This document shows positions 7,701 to 16,991 of a DNA stretch of 46,581 nucleotides, piece by piece. Within the stretch, counting starts at the first letter, position 1. Each line of letters opens with the position of its first letter. Below the pieces are notes generated by a model that searched no databases, was not told the origin of the DNA, and saw only the letters and a list, made by a program, of their open reading frames with translations. The translations under genes were made by a program, and so were the position numbers. This DNA is from Pseudomonadota bacterium (lineage in GTDB: Bacteria; Bdellovibrionota; FAC87; UBA2466), in the NCBI GenBank assembly GCA_031425635.1, contig JANPJT010000098.1, positions 1 to 46,581 on the forward strand, in the 5' to 3' direction.

Positions 7701-8525
7701 TTAATCCAAAGAGGCTTCCACTAGCCGTTTCGCGGCGCGGCCTTTGGGAAGCATGTGCAAAAGCAAAACCGAGTTGCGCACCCTCGACTTTGCCTGCCGC
7801 AGAACACGCAGATCATTGTCCACTACCGCACGTATTTCTAAGCCACTTTCGGCCTCGAAGCGGAGAAGCTGGGTGCCCTTCAGGGCGGCGGATTCCTCGG
7901 GGTAAAGCGCGAAAGTTCTTTTACCGCCCAGAATGGAAACGGAGGGGGAGCAACCCAAACGCTCTAAAGAAACGGCCACATCGCGTAATATCTGGTCCGA
8001 GCGGGCAGTGACAATGACCCATTGGACTTGAGACCCAAAAGCCTGATTCACCGAATCGTAGAATTCTAGGAACGCGGGAACAAATTCAATTCCGTTTCCC
8101 GCTTGCTCTTCAAACACTTCTTGAACCAAGTCCCAGAAACCTAACACCCGGGAGGAACCCGGACGTAATGAATCCCTGTTGCTTAACGATTCGGGCAAGT
8201 CGCCCGCTGGAAAGAGCGAGTCCCGAGCCCACGCAGCCTCATCGTACTCAGGCAACGCTGCTGGCCCATGCGTCTTCAAGGTTTCAAGCCAAACAAAAAA
8301 CAGATGGTGCCGCTCTACTGGAACCTCTTTCAAAATTCGTTCGACTGCTTTTGGAAGAACCACGTCGATGAGCCAAGCGTCGGTTTCCACCATTGTCCCA
8401 TCATAATCGACTGCAATAGCGAAGGTGCTGGCTTCCAGTGGGCCCCCTAAAGCCTCTATCCACTCCGGGCAGGCGCTTCCGAAAACCTGAAAAGCGAAAC
8501 AAAAAAAGACAAAGATGGACCGCAA
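7701..8525 (-). CDS. Secreted HAD-superfamily phosphatase-like protein
   Basis: Signal peptide; HAD motif I AVDYDGT, motif II VIVTAR, motif III Lys (ALKG), motif IV VVDND. Confidence 0.6.
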   Translation of the reverse strand: MRSIFVFFCFAFQVFGSACPEWIEALGGPLEASTFAIAVDYDGTMVETDAWLIDVVLPKAVERILKEVPVERHHLFFVWLETLKTHGPAALPEYDEAAWARDSLFPAGDLPESLSNRDSLRPGSSRVLGFWDLVQEVFEEQAGNGIEFVPAFLEFYDSVNQAFGSQVQWVIVTARSDQILRDVAVSLERLGCSPSVSILGGKRTFALYPEESAALKGTQLLRFEAESGLEIRAVVDNDLRVLRQAKSRVRNSVLLLHMLPKGRAAKRLVEASLD

Positions 8526-8751
8526 GAGATTCTCCCTTCGCTCGCACTACCGAGATCAGGTTCAAAGGGTTTTTCTCAGCCCCCACCCGGGGGCACCCCT
8601 GAATCGTGAATTCCTCGACGTGTACTGGATGGCTCTTAGTATTGTCAATGGATGGTCTCACGCTCAGCGTTACAAAGAAGGCGTGGAAGAGCGAACCAGG
8701 CCTTGTCACTTGGTTGCTCCCTTCGGTACTCTTAGGTACTGGACGGTTTAG

Positions 8752-11310
8752 ATGCCCCTTGAAGCTGCCGGCGGATCGCCAAACACGAAAGATCTCTTCC
8801 TTGAATCCGCAATCAAACGAATCTGCCGTGTTCTTCCGCGCCAAGGCCCTATCAAAGACTTCATCGCGTTAAACCCACTGCACGGTTTCGGTTCCGTGCG
8901 ATTCGATTTAGCAATGGAGGAGTGTGCGGCTCTTTATGGTGGGCGCACTTACCTAAGTTGGGCCGAATACCGAGCCGCAGTCCAAGCGGGAACGCTGGCC
9001 GAGCGGGAACTCGAGCGAGTCTTTCAAATCCGCGAGACCTCTTCGGAAACTCAAGATCAAGTGCGAAAACGTTTGGCACACCCACCGGTCGGTTCCGACG
9101 AAACCCCGCGCGGATGGGCGTCCAACGGACTAAAACACCACTACTTCCGCAAGCTAGGGGTCCCCATGGACTTGCTAGCCCCACCGGTTTTTTTTCGGCT
9201 CTTGAGCGCCTACCTCGATCAAGGGATTGCTTTGCGGCCGTTTCCTGGCAACGCAAGCCTGTTCCACGGGATTGCAGGCCTGGTGAAGCAGAGCGTTTTG
9301 CCCCTTGCTCCCTTGACGGACAAACCTATTCGACGGCTTTTTGAAAAGTCTCCGATTGAAGCGATGGAATACTGCCTCCAGCGCATTGTTGAAAATGAAA
9401 ACTTGTTTGAAAGGTACTTGTGCGAAACAGTCCTTTCGCACCGAGGCTGGTACGCCATGGTGCAAAACATCGAACTTGCCCCGAATAGCCTTAGGGTCCA
9501 GAAATCTGTCAGCGTTGTGGAAGCTTTAGCGCTCGAACTGCTGATCGAATTGGGCTGGCTGCTTAGAAAAAAGGGGGCAGCGTTTGAAAGCGTCCCGAAG
9601 GATTTCTCTGTTTACGCCTCTCGCAGCGACAAGACAAAAGAGGAAAGCGCGATTGCGTTGGTACACGAAGCGTACGAGTGGACGCACTACACATCCGTTT
9701 TCAAAGCGCTGCAGTCAAGCCGCTCGGTTGCCGCCAAAGAAACTAAGGGACTAATCCAAGCTTTTTTTTGTATCGACGATCGCGAGTGCTCCATGCGCCG
9801 GTATCTCGAGGAAGAGAACCCACGGATCTCCACTTTCGGAACTCCCGGCTTCTTTGCTATGGACTTTTTGTTCCAAGGGCTGGGAGATGATTCGCCCGTA
9901 AAGCAATGCCCCCTCCCTGTGACCCCCCGCCATGTGGTCAAAGAAATCCCTGGAAGGGGCACTAGCAAAACGCGTTTAAAAGTAGCGCACGCGCGCCATT
10001 TGAACCTTCGCTCCAACAGCTTGTTTGGTGGCTGGTTCATTACGCAACTTATTGGCCCCTGGAGTGCCGTAAAGCTTTTCGGTAGTATTGCTAAACCAAC
10101 GCTCGAACAGCCGATGCTTTCTTCCCTCTGTCGCATTGATTCCAAATGTGATCTCATATTGTTTCGCACGGGCGAAGAAAAAGACGCTCATGGAAACTAC
10201 TTGGGTTACTCGGTTCCCGAAATGGCGGACCGCGTTTTCAACGTGCTGGCCAAATCGGGGTTGAGACAGAAATTTGCAGACCTCATTTTCATTGTCGGCC
10301 ACGGATCCAGCAGCACGAATAACCCGCACTTTGCTGCCTATGATTGTGGCGCTTGCTCTGGAAGAGCCGGCGCACCTAACGCTCGATCGTTTGCGATGAT
10401 GGCAAACTCGGAAGCAGTGCGGGACGTTCTCAAAGAACGCGGGCTGAACATCGCTTCCACCACTCGATTTATTGGTGCAATCCACGACACAGCCCGCGAC
10501 GAGATCGCTTTTTTTGACGACCAGAATCTAAACGCCAGCCAACAGGCACTTTTCGAGGAATTTAAGAAGTCCGTGGCAGTGGCCTGCCAGCTCAACGCTC
10601 AGGAGCGGTGCCGGCGTTTTGAAATGGTACCGCTAGGAATTTCACCCGAGAAGGCCCATGAAGAAGTAAAAAAACGTTCAGCCGCTCTCTTTGAACCTCG
10701 TGCCGAGTTCACACACAGCGGAAACTCGCTTGCGATCGTCGGGACTCGAAAGTGGACTTCGCCGCTTTTTTTAGATCGCCGCGCTTTCATGCAGTCCTAC
10801 GATGGCACAATGGATACTCCTGAAGGCCACGACTTGCAGTACCTGCTAGGAGCGCTCATCCCCGTGTGCGGAGGAATTAACCTACAGTACTACTTTTCCC
10901 GAGTGGACAATGCGACGTACGGTGCCGGCTCGAAGCTCCCTCACAATATCGTGGGGCTGCTCGGAGTGTCCAATGGTGTCGATGCGGACTTACTCGTCGG
11001 CCTTCCCAACCAAATGGTTGAAATCCATGATCCCATTCGACTGCTCATGATCATTGAGCAAGAACCCGAAGTAGCCCTTGCAGCGGTGAAGCGAGAACCT
11101 GCGCTTTTCTCGTGGGTTGAAAATGAATGGATCCGCTACAGCGCGGTTTCGCCCACCACTGGGGAGACTTGGATTTACTTCAATGGTGCAATGTCGAAAG
11201 TGGATCTCTCGCAGGTTCCCCCGACGCCACTATCCATGAGCAGTCGGGATCTTGTAAAAAAAGGAGGGAGGAAAAATATTCCCCCGTCCGTGATTGGGAG
11301 AGCCCAGTGA
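8752..11310 (+). CDS. dabA: DabA/YbcC (DUF2309) subunit of an inorganic carbon pump
   Basis: FIALNPLHGF, FCIDDR, TFG..GFF, VGHGSSSTNNPH, DCGACSG, HDT..D, FMQSYD, INLQYYFS.VDN...GAGSKLPHN, H.PIRL. Zn ligands C, D, H, C present. Confidence 0.92.
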   Translation: MPLEAAGGSPNTKDLFLESAIKRICRVLPRQGPIKDFIALNPLHGFGSVRFDLAMEECAALYGGRTYLSWAEYRAAVQAGTLAERELERVFQIRETSSETQDQVRKRLAHPPVGSDETPRGWASNGLKHHYFRKLGVPMDLLAPPVFFRLLSAYLDQGIALRPFPGNASLFHGIAGLVKQSVLPLAPLTDKPIRRLFEKSPIEAMEYCLQRIVENENLFERYLCETVLSHRGWYAMVQNIELAPNSLRVQKSVSVVEALALELLIELGWLLRKKGAAFESVPKDFSVYASRSDKTKEESAIALVHEAYEWTHYTSVFKALQSSRSVAAKETKGLIQAFFCIDDRECSMRRYLEEENPRISTFGTPGFFAMDFLFQGLGDDSPVKQCPLPVTPRHVVKEIPGRGTSKTRLKVAHARHLNLRSNSLFGGWFITQLIGPWSAVKLFGSIAKPTLEQPMLSSLCRIDSKCDLILFRTGEEKDAHGNYLGYSVPEMADRVFNVLAKSGLRQKFADLIFIVGHGSSSTNNPHFAAYDCGACSGRAGAPNARSFAMMANSEAVRDVLKERGLNIASTTRFIGAIHDTARDEIAFFDDQNLNASQQALFEEFKKSVAVACQLNAQERCRRFEMVPLGISPEKAHEEVKKRSAALFEPRAEFTHSGNSLAIVGTRKWTSPLFLDRRAFMQSYDGTMDTPEGHDLQYLLGALIPVCGGINLQYYFSRVDNATYGAGSKLPHNIVGLLGVSNGVDADLLVGLPNQMVEIHDPIRLLMIIEQEPEVALAAVKREPALFSWVENEWIRYSAVSPTTGETWIYFNGAMSKVDLSQVPPTPLSMSSRDLVKKGGRKNIPPSVIGRAQ

Positions 11311-13160
11311 TACTAGCGCTGAGCATGGTGTTTATCCCGCTGGGGGCAGGCTTCATTCTCCTGGTAGGTAAATTTCAAAACGAGAACACCATTTCGACCA
11401 TTTCACTTGCAGCCGCAGGAATGAACTTTCTGGTAATGATCGGAATTTCTGCTTATTGGCTGCTAAACGGCTGCGCACCCATCGACCTGTTTCTTGGGCC
11501 TTTGATCAAAGTCGGCGAATACCAATTCGATTTAAGCTTTCAAATTGATACGCTGACGGTCACCTTTTTGTTCCTGATTGCTTTCATTGGTGGCGTTTCG
11601 GTGAAGTATAGCCAGTACTATATGCACCGAGAGCCAGGGTACCGGCGCTTTTTTGTGAACATCCTTTTTTTCTTAGCCGGGATGTGCTTGCTAGCTCTCG
11701 CGGGGAATCTGGACTTACTTTTTGCCGGTTGGGAAATGGTCGGGATTTCCTCGGTGCTTCTCATCGCTTTTTACCGCGACCGAGAGCAACCTGCGCGCAA
11801 CGCGCTCAAAACCTATACCGTCTACCGTTTTTGCGATACCGGAGTGCTGCTAGGCGCTTACCTGAGCCATTTGCTTTGGCACGTTTCCCCCACATTTTCG
11901 GACTTGGATTCGCCGAGCCTCCGCATACTGCTGGAAGGGGCCGGGGAAGCGCCTTTGTTATGGCTAACACTTCTTGTTGGTTTAGCCGCTTCCGGCAAGT
12001 CAGCGCAGTTCCCGTTCACTTTTTGGATCCCCCGAGCGATGGAGGGACCGACGCCTTCGAGCGCTGTCTTTTATGGCTCTCTGTCTATCCACGCGGGTGC
12101 CTTTCTTCTGATGCGAATGTACCCCGTCTGGCACGCTTCGTATTATGGCCCTTTTCTCATTGGGGGCATTGGCGCTTGTACTGCGGTCTTTTCCTCCTTG
12201 GTAGGGCGCGGCCAGACCAGCATCAAAGGACAAATCGCCTACGCATCTTCCGCCCAAGTGGGACTCATTTTCTTTGAGCTCGCTTTAGGCCTCCGAGGGC
12301 TCGCGCTGTTCCACCTGGTTTGCAACTGCCTCCTCCGGTGCTTTCAGCTCCTGGTCTCGCCTTCGATACTCGCTTTTGTGATGCAGTCGCAAGGGACCGG
12401 GGGGCCCGGAAGAGTCTTTCGTTTTCCTTGGAAGACCGGTTCGGTGCCGGCCTGGACGGCGAGCCTTTATGTTTTTGGCCTATGCGAAGGGTACGTCGAG
12501 GAATGGATGCGTTTTTTCGTCTGGCGGCCAGTTCGCCGGCTGGGAAAACACGGGGGAAACCCTTGGGCGCAAGCGGCTTGGTTGGCTGCTTTGGTCGCGA
12601 GCGTAGCATTCCGACAGCCTGCCCTAGCCGGAGCGTTGCTTGTGCTGGCCGCCCTCTTTCTCTCGTTCTTTGCTTTGGGCTTTAACGGAGATCCTCGCCG
12701 GCCTTGGACCGCAGCGGCAGTGAGCGGCGTGCTGGTAGCAGCTTCCATTGCTTGGCAGGAAAACGAGGCCCTTTGGGGTCTGGCGCTCAGTGGGATGAAC
12801 ACGGCACTTGGCTGGGGTTTAGGGATGTGGGCACTCAATCAGTGGTCGGCGCCCGAATTTGGGCTAGACCAGTACCATGGGCAAACACGCCAGGACGCCT
12901 TCCACTCTTCGCTCTTGTTTATAGGGTTTCTTTTGCTAGCAGGGTTCCCCATTGGGCCCGGCTTTTTTGCTGAAGACATTTTGCTCCATTCCACTGTGAA
13001 AATCGGGTGGTGGTACACGGCTGCCCTTGGAGCGGTCTTTGTTTTTAACGGGGTGGCGCTTTGCCGAATCTTTGTGAGGTGTTGCTTTGGTTCTCGACCC
13101 GTTTCGAGTATAGCCCTTAGGCATGCAGCACTCTCCTCCCCTTCCCTTCGAACCCATTAG
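11307..13160 (+). CDS. dabB: DabB/NuoL-like proton-conducting membrane subunit
   Basis: YS..YMHREPGY.RFF, LFAGWEMVGISS.LLI, YRFCD, KSAQFPF..W.PRAMEGPTPSSA, H.G.FLL.R. Probable GTG start at 11307 overlaps the dabA stop (GTGA). Confidence 0.88.
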   Translation: MILALSMVFIPLGAGFILLVGKFQNENTISTISLAAAGMNFLVMIGISAYWLLNGCAPIDLFLGPLIKVGEYQFDLSFQIDTLTVTFLFLIAFIGGVSVKYSQYYMHREPGYRRFFVNILFFLAGMCLLALAGNLDLLFAGWEMVGISSVLLIAFYRDREQPARNALKTYTVYRFCDTGVLLGAYLSHLLWHVSPTFSDLDSPSLRILLEGAGEAPLLWLTLLVGLAASGKSAQFPFTFWIPRAMEGPTPSSAVFYGSLSIHAGAFLLMRMYPVWHASYYGPFLIGGIGACTAVFSSLVGRGQTSIKGQIAYASSAQVGLIFFELALGLRGLALFHLVCNCLLRCFQLLVSPSILAFVMQSQGTGGPGRVFRFPWKTGSVPAWTASLYVFGLCEGYVEEWMRFFVWRPVRRLGKHGGNPWAQAAWLAALVASVAFRQPALAGALLVLAALFLSFFALGFNGDPRRPWTAAAVSGVLVAASIAWQENEALWGLALSGMNTALGWGLGMWALNQWSAPEFGLDQYHGQTRQDAFHSSLLFIGFLLLAGFPIGPGFFAEDILLHSTVKIGWWYTAALGAVFVFNGVALCRIFVRCCFGSRPVSSIALRHAALSSPSLRTH

Positions 13161-14049
13161 CAGGCGCTATTTTTCTCGGTTTGGCGGCCGAGTGCAAAAA
13201 ATTCCCGTGACCATTGCAGGGACTTGCCCGAACCGCGAAGGTTTCAAAGGCATGGAAACCTGCGTTTTTTGCGACGAGTGGGGATCCGCCGCGTACCCAG
13301 AGCAGCAAGGCATGGGGCTTGCGGAACAAATACAATCAAAGCGCGGCATGCTGGGAGAGCGCTACCGAAGCCAGGCTTTTTTAGTCTACTTCCAAGCCTA
13401 TACCAGCAGCTTTCTCGCAGTCACCCGGCTGCGGGCCCACTTTGAAACCGCCCTTTCCTGTCCGGAAGTGAAGGGCTTGGTTTTAGGGACTCGGCCCGAT
13501 TGCGTGCCGCCCGCCTTGATTGCCCTGCTGAAAGAGTATTCCGCGCGAACCTTCGTTTCGATTGAGCTAGGCGTGCAGAGTTTCTTTGAAGAGCCCCTTC
13601 GTTTCTTACGCAGGGGACATGGGCCGGGGGCAACTTTCGACGCCTTGAGGCGCATCACTTCCTGCCCCGAAATTGACGTGGGGATTCACTTGATATTTGG
13701 CCTGCCCGGGGAAACGGATGATTGCATTCGGGAAACCGCCCGAATTGTCGCCGGCTTAGGAGTGCACCACGTAAAGCTCCACAACCTCCACGTGCTGAAA
13801 GGGACTGCCCTCGAAGCGCTCCACGCCAAAGGGGAGTTTATGCCGCTGGAGCTAGACGCTTACGCCGATCGGGTCAGCCTTTTCCTCCAGCACTTGCCAA
13901 AAACGATCGCCGTGCAGCGGATCGCCGCCGTGTCGTCTCGCTGGGACGAGCTGGTGGCGCCGGAGTGGACCCGCTACAAAATGAAAAGCCACCAATACAT
14001 TATCGATAAAATGCACTCCACCGGAGCCCATCAGGGGCAGTTAGCCTAA
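13123..14049 (+). CDS. TIGR01212/YhcC family radical SAM protein
   Basis: TCPNREG.....CVFC, YFQAYT, GTRPDC, ELGVQS, RGH, HLIFGLPGE, VKLHNLHVLKGT.L. Confidence 0.9.
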   Translation: MQHSPPLPFEPISRRYFSRFGGRVQKIPVTIAGTCPNREGFKGMETCVFCDEWGSAAYPEQQGMGLAEQIQSKRGMLGERYRSQAFLVYFQAYTSSFLAVTRLRAHFETALSCPEVKGLVLGTRPDCVPPALIALLKEYSARTFVSIELGVQSFFEEPLRFLRRGHGPGATFDALRRITSCPEIDVGIHLIFGLPGETDDCIRETARIVAGLGVHHVKLHNLHVLKGTALEALHAKGEFMPLELDAYADRVSLFLQHLPKTIAVQRIAAVSSRWDELVAPEWTRYKMKSHQYIIDKMHSTGAHQGQLA

Positions 14050-14130
14050 ACCGGAATCGATTATCGCTTTTAGGCTGGTGCCGGCGGGTTGTTATTTGTC
14101 TTAAATCGTGTATTCTCGGCTCGTTCAAAC

Positions 14131-14204
14131 GCGCCAGTAGCTCAGTTGGATAGAGTATCAGACTACGAATCTGAGGGTCGCAGGTTCGACTCCTGCCTGG
14201 CGCA
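14131..14204 (+). tRNA. tRNA-Arg(ACG), CCA not encoded
   Basis: Acceptor GCGCCAG/CTGGCGC, D arm GCTCAGTTGGATAGAGT, anticodon arm TCAGA-CTACGAA-TCTGA, T arm GCAGG-TTCGACT-CCTGC. Confidence 0.97.
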
Positions 14205-14357
14205 CTCTTTCTTTGCCACTTGGAGCCCGTTGAAGCTTTCAGCCCTAGCCATCGCTCTTCGCCCTGGTGGTTCTGTTCGTCGGATCAACCCGATTCAAAG
14301 CTCCGCACTCACGAAGCTTCGAAATTTCTTAGACTCGGCCACCGAAAGGGAAAACGA

Positions 14358-14825
14358 ATGAATTCGTCGACTGAACACTGGATGGAAAAAGCGCTTTTGC
14401 TCGCCGATGAAGCGGGACAAGATTCCGAGGTCCCTGTCGGTGCGGTTTTAGTGCTGGGTTCAGAAATCATCGGCCGCGGTCGAAATGAACGAGAGCGCTC
14501 GGGGCGAACGGTAGCACACGCCGAAATCCGCGCGCTGGAAGATTTTTCAAGCCGCACAGGGCAGTGGCGGGTCCCTCCGGGTGCAGCGCTGTACGCCACC
14601 GTGGAACCGTGCCTTATGTGCACAGGAGCCCTCCTCTGGGCGCGGGTCGATAGAGTGTTTTTTGGCTGTCGGGATCCAAAAAATGCGGGAGTCGAAGCTT
14701 TGATCGGGCTAATCTCTCAAGGTGTTTACGATCACCGGTTCGTTGAAGTTTCGGGGAGCCATCTAGAAAAAGAATGCGCGGAGCGAATGACTACCTTCTT
14801 TAAAGCAAAGCGCGCGAAAAAATGA
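14358..14825 (+). CDS. tadA: tRNA adenosine(34) deaminase
   Basis: WMEKAL, EVPVGAVLV, AHAEI.AL, LYATVEPCLMC.GA, FG..DPK.G, C...M..FF...R. GAAAGGG precedes ATG 14358. Confidence 0.88.
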   Translation: MNSSTEHWMEKALLLADEAGQDSEVPVGAVLVLGSEIIGRGRNERERSGRTVAHAEIRALEDFSSRTGQWRVPPGAALYATVEPCLMCTGALLWARVDRVFFGCRDPKNAGVEALIGLISQGVYDHRFVEVSGSHLEKECAERMTTFFKAKRAKK

Positions 14826-14842
14826 AATAGGCCAGCCTCACG

Positions 14843-16414
14843 CTAACCACCGCTCGAAGCGTTTCGGGCTTCCATCTGCTTAAACCATTCAGCTCTTTTT
14901 TTCTTTGAGCTTAAATTTTCACAAAGACCAATCTTGCGCTCAGACTCTTCGGAACCGCAGAGCGTTCGTCGGGAATAGCCCACATACTTCTCCAGAATAG
15001 AAGCCCGAGATTCACTGCTTCCGGGCTCGGCAGACTTTACTTGCTCAAAATAAGAGGGAGTGCGCCCGCCAATCGTCGAAGGGCTTAAAGAATAGGCTTC
15101 GGAATCCTCGGTACCGGAACCGGAATCTGCCGAATAGCCCGAGCTGACATCGCCTCCGCCTGCTCCGCCGTAACCGCCGTCTTTCGACATCACGTAGCCG
15201 CTACCCATCCGGAAGGTTTCTCCACCGCCACTTTCCAGCCCCACGCTAGAAAACGGATCCCCTCCCGAAACAGCACCGTCGCCACCCATCGAAGCTCCTC
15301 CGCCACCCAGCATGCCTGCTCCGGGCGAGCCGCCTCCGACGCCCGCGCCGCCGCCGGCCTGAGGGGAAGGGACGCCGTCTGCGGACGTGCTAGGACCGAT
15401 TGGAGAAAGAGGCACTTTATTTCCCAAAGAGAAAGCGCTTGGGTTTTCAACCGCTGCTTTGTTGAGAGAGTCCAAAATAGACGAACTAGGATCTTTTGGG
15501 GATTCTTTTGTCTCAGGTACCTCATCGGCGCTTCTTTTTTTGCGCGGAGGGGACGCTGATGAGGTCTCGGCCTTCTTTGGTTCCGCTTCTTTTTTCTCGT
15601 TGTTCGCCGCATTAGAAGGAGTCGAAATATTGATTGCGCCTCTATCTCGTTTAGATACCGCATCGAGAAGCCGGTTATGGTCGTCTCGCTTGCGTTCATT
15701 TTCCGGAGGAGCGCCTTTACTCGCAGAGCCAGGGGGCGGAAGACTAGGCCTTGGCGCGCTTGCTTCGCTTCGCCCAGAGCTTCGATCCCCATCCTTTTCC
15801 TTGCCCAAGAGATCTTGCAAAAGATTGAATACGCCGCGCTCGGAAAGAAAGTCGTCTGCCTTCGCACTTTCCTGCTGGCTGGTGGCTTTTTCTAGTTTTT
15901 CTTCGAGGCCCTTTAAAACATCGCTAACACCCGCCGGTGGTACTGCCCCCTCAGCACCTTTTAAAGCCGAAGTGATTGGCGCATTCGCGGCCGTTTGGCT
16001 GAGCACCGAACGCGCAGCATCGCTCACTTCTTTACCTGCGTTTTTCTGCACGCCGCTAAGAGCTTCGCGGTACAGGCGCTTTAAATCTTCGGCCTGCACG
16101 CGCGACACAATGCCGCGGTCTTTTTCAAGCTGGTTCACGACTCCGTCGAAACGCTCGGAGTCGACATCGGGGCTAATTCGGAAAGCTTGCTCGACAGCTT
16201 TTAGGGCCGGCACGCTAAGCCCGGCCTGCCGTAAACCTTCGGCTAAAAGGACACCGCGAGGCGAGCCCGTATTCTTAGTGGCTACAGGGGTTTCTGCAAC
16301 AGAGGGTTCTTCGCTTCGGTGGTCCACAATGGACTCGCCAAAGGCGGGCGAGCCGATAAGCAGCAAGGCGAGCGCGCGCTGAAGCCACTTTCTATTTTGT
16401 TTTGTCACGCGCAC
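14843..16414 (-). CDS. Secreted low-complexity (Gly/Ser/Pro-rich) hypothetical protein
   Basis: Signal peptide-like N-terminus (ALALLLIGSPAFG), long disordered linker, C-terminal Cys pair; GGAGAG upstream of GTG. Confidence 0.7.
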   Translation of the reverse strand: MRVTKQNRKWLQRALALLLIGSPAFGESIVDHRSEEPSVAETPVATKNTGSPRGVLLAEGLRQAGLSVPALKAVEQAFRISPDVDSERFDGVVNQLEKDRGIVSRVQAEDLKRLYREALSGVQKNAGKEVSDAARSVLSQTAANAPITSALKGAEGAVPPAGVSDVLKGLEEKLEKATSQQESAKADDFLSERGVFNLLQDLLGKEKDGDRSSGRSEASAPRPSLPPPGSASKGAPPENERKRDDHNRLLDAVSKRDRGAINISTPSNAANNEKKEAEPKKAETSSASPPRKKRSADEVPETKESPKDPSSSILDSLNKAAVENPSAFSLGNKVPLSPIGPSTSADGVPSPQAGGGAGVGGGSPGAGMLGGGGASMGGDGAVSGGDPFSSVGLESGGGETFRMGSGYVMSKDGGYGGAGGGDVSSGYSADSGSGTEDSEAYSLSPSTIGGRTPSYFEQVKSAEPGSSESRASILEKYVGYSRRTLCGSEESERKIGLCENLSSKKKRAEWFKQMEARNASSGG

Positions 16415-16589
16415 GATCTCTCCTTCACGAAGAGATTTGCAAGTTCAGTACCTTACTCTGGTCGGGGTATTCTTTAGGGGGACACGCAGGGGCCGCTATC
16501 TGCCACTGCAGCCCGACCGAAAAACGGCAGCCACTGTCATCCAGTAGACACTAGGCCCCGCCCCATGTTACGGTTTTGGCCCTTCGATA

Positions 16590-16679
16590 GGAGAGATGGC
16601 CGAGTGGTTGAAGGCGCACGCCTGGAACGCGTGTATGGTGTTACAGCCATCGTGGGTTCGAATCCCACTCTCTCCGCCA
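16590..16679 (+). tRNA. tRNA-Ser(GGA)
   Basis: Acceptor GGAGAGA/TCTCTCC followed by GCCA, anticodon arm CACGC-CTGGAAC-GCGTG, long variable arm, T arm GTGGG-TTCGAAT-CCCAC. Confidence 0.97.
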
Positions 16680-16991
16680 TCCCGATTTCTTTTCTAAAAA
16701 ATTACTCTAGTGCAGATAAGGACACGACCCGTTTCTGGAGCGAAAATCGCTGTACAATGGCGTCGAAAAGGCGCCCTCAGGCTGGTGGAGTGGAAGATAG
16801 AAGACACAAAAGAATTGGCTCGGATAAACGCGGGAATCATCGCGAACGGGGGTCATTTGCCTGGGGTCTAGCTATAAGATGAGGCGGCTCCGAGCCCGGG
16901 CCCCACCGGGGGAGTTTTCGGGCTTCGCTCCTGGTATCAATTCTGCAAGCATCTGTGTGGGCCGGTCGCTCTTCGGGCCTATGAGGGATTC

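Noticed and set aside
11127-11306. N-terminal extension of DabB given by the ORF track
   Set aside because: It overlaps dabA by about 180 nt and is not hydrophobic; GTG 11307 in a GTGA overlap is a better start.
14089-14361. Short ORFs over RNA genes (also 16565-16882 and 44125-44337)
   Set aside because: They overlap tRNA-Arg, tRNA-Ser and SRP RNA, which explain the sequence.
15387-16382. 331-aa plus-strand ORF
   Set aside because: Antisense shadow of the 523-aa gene; it has no motifs, while the minus-strand ORF has an RBS and signal peptide.
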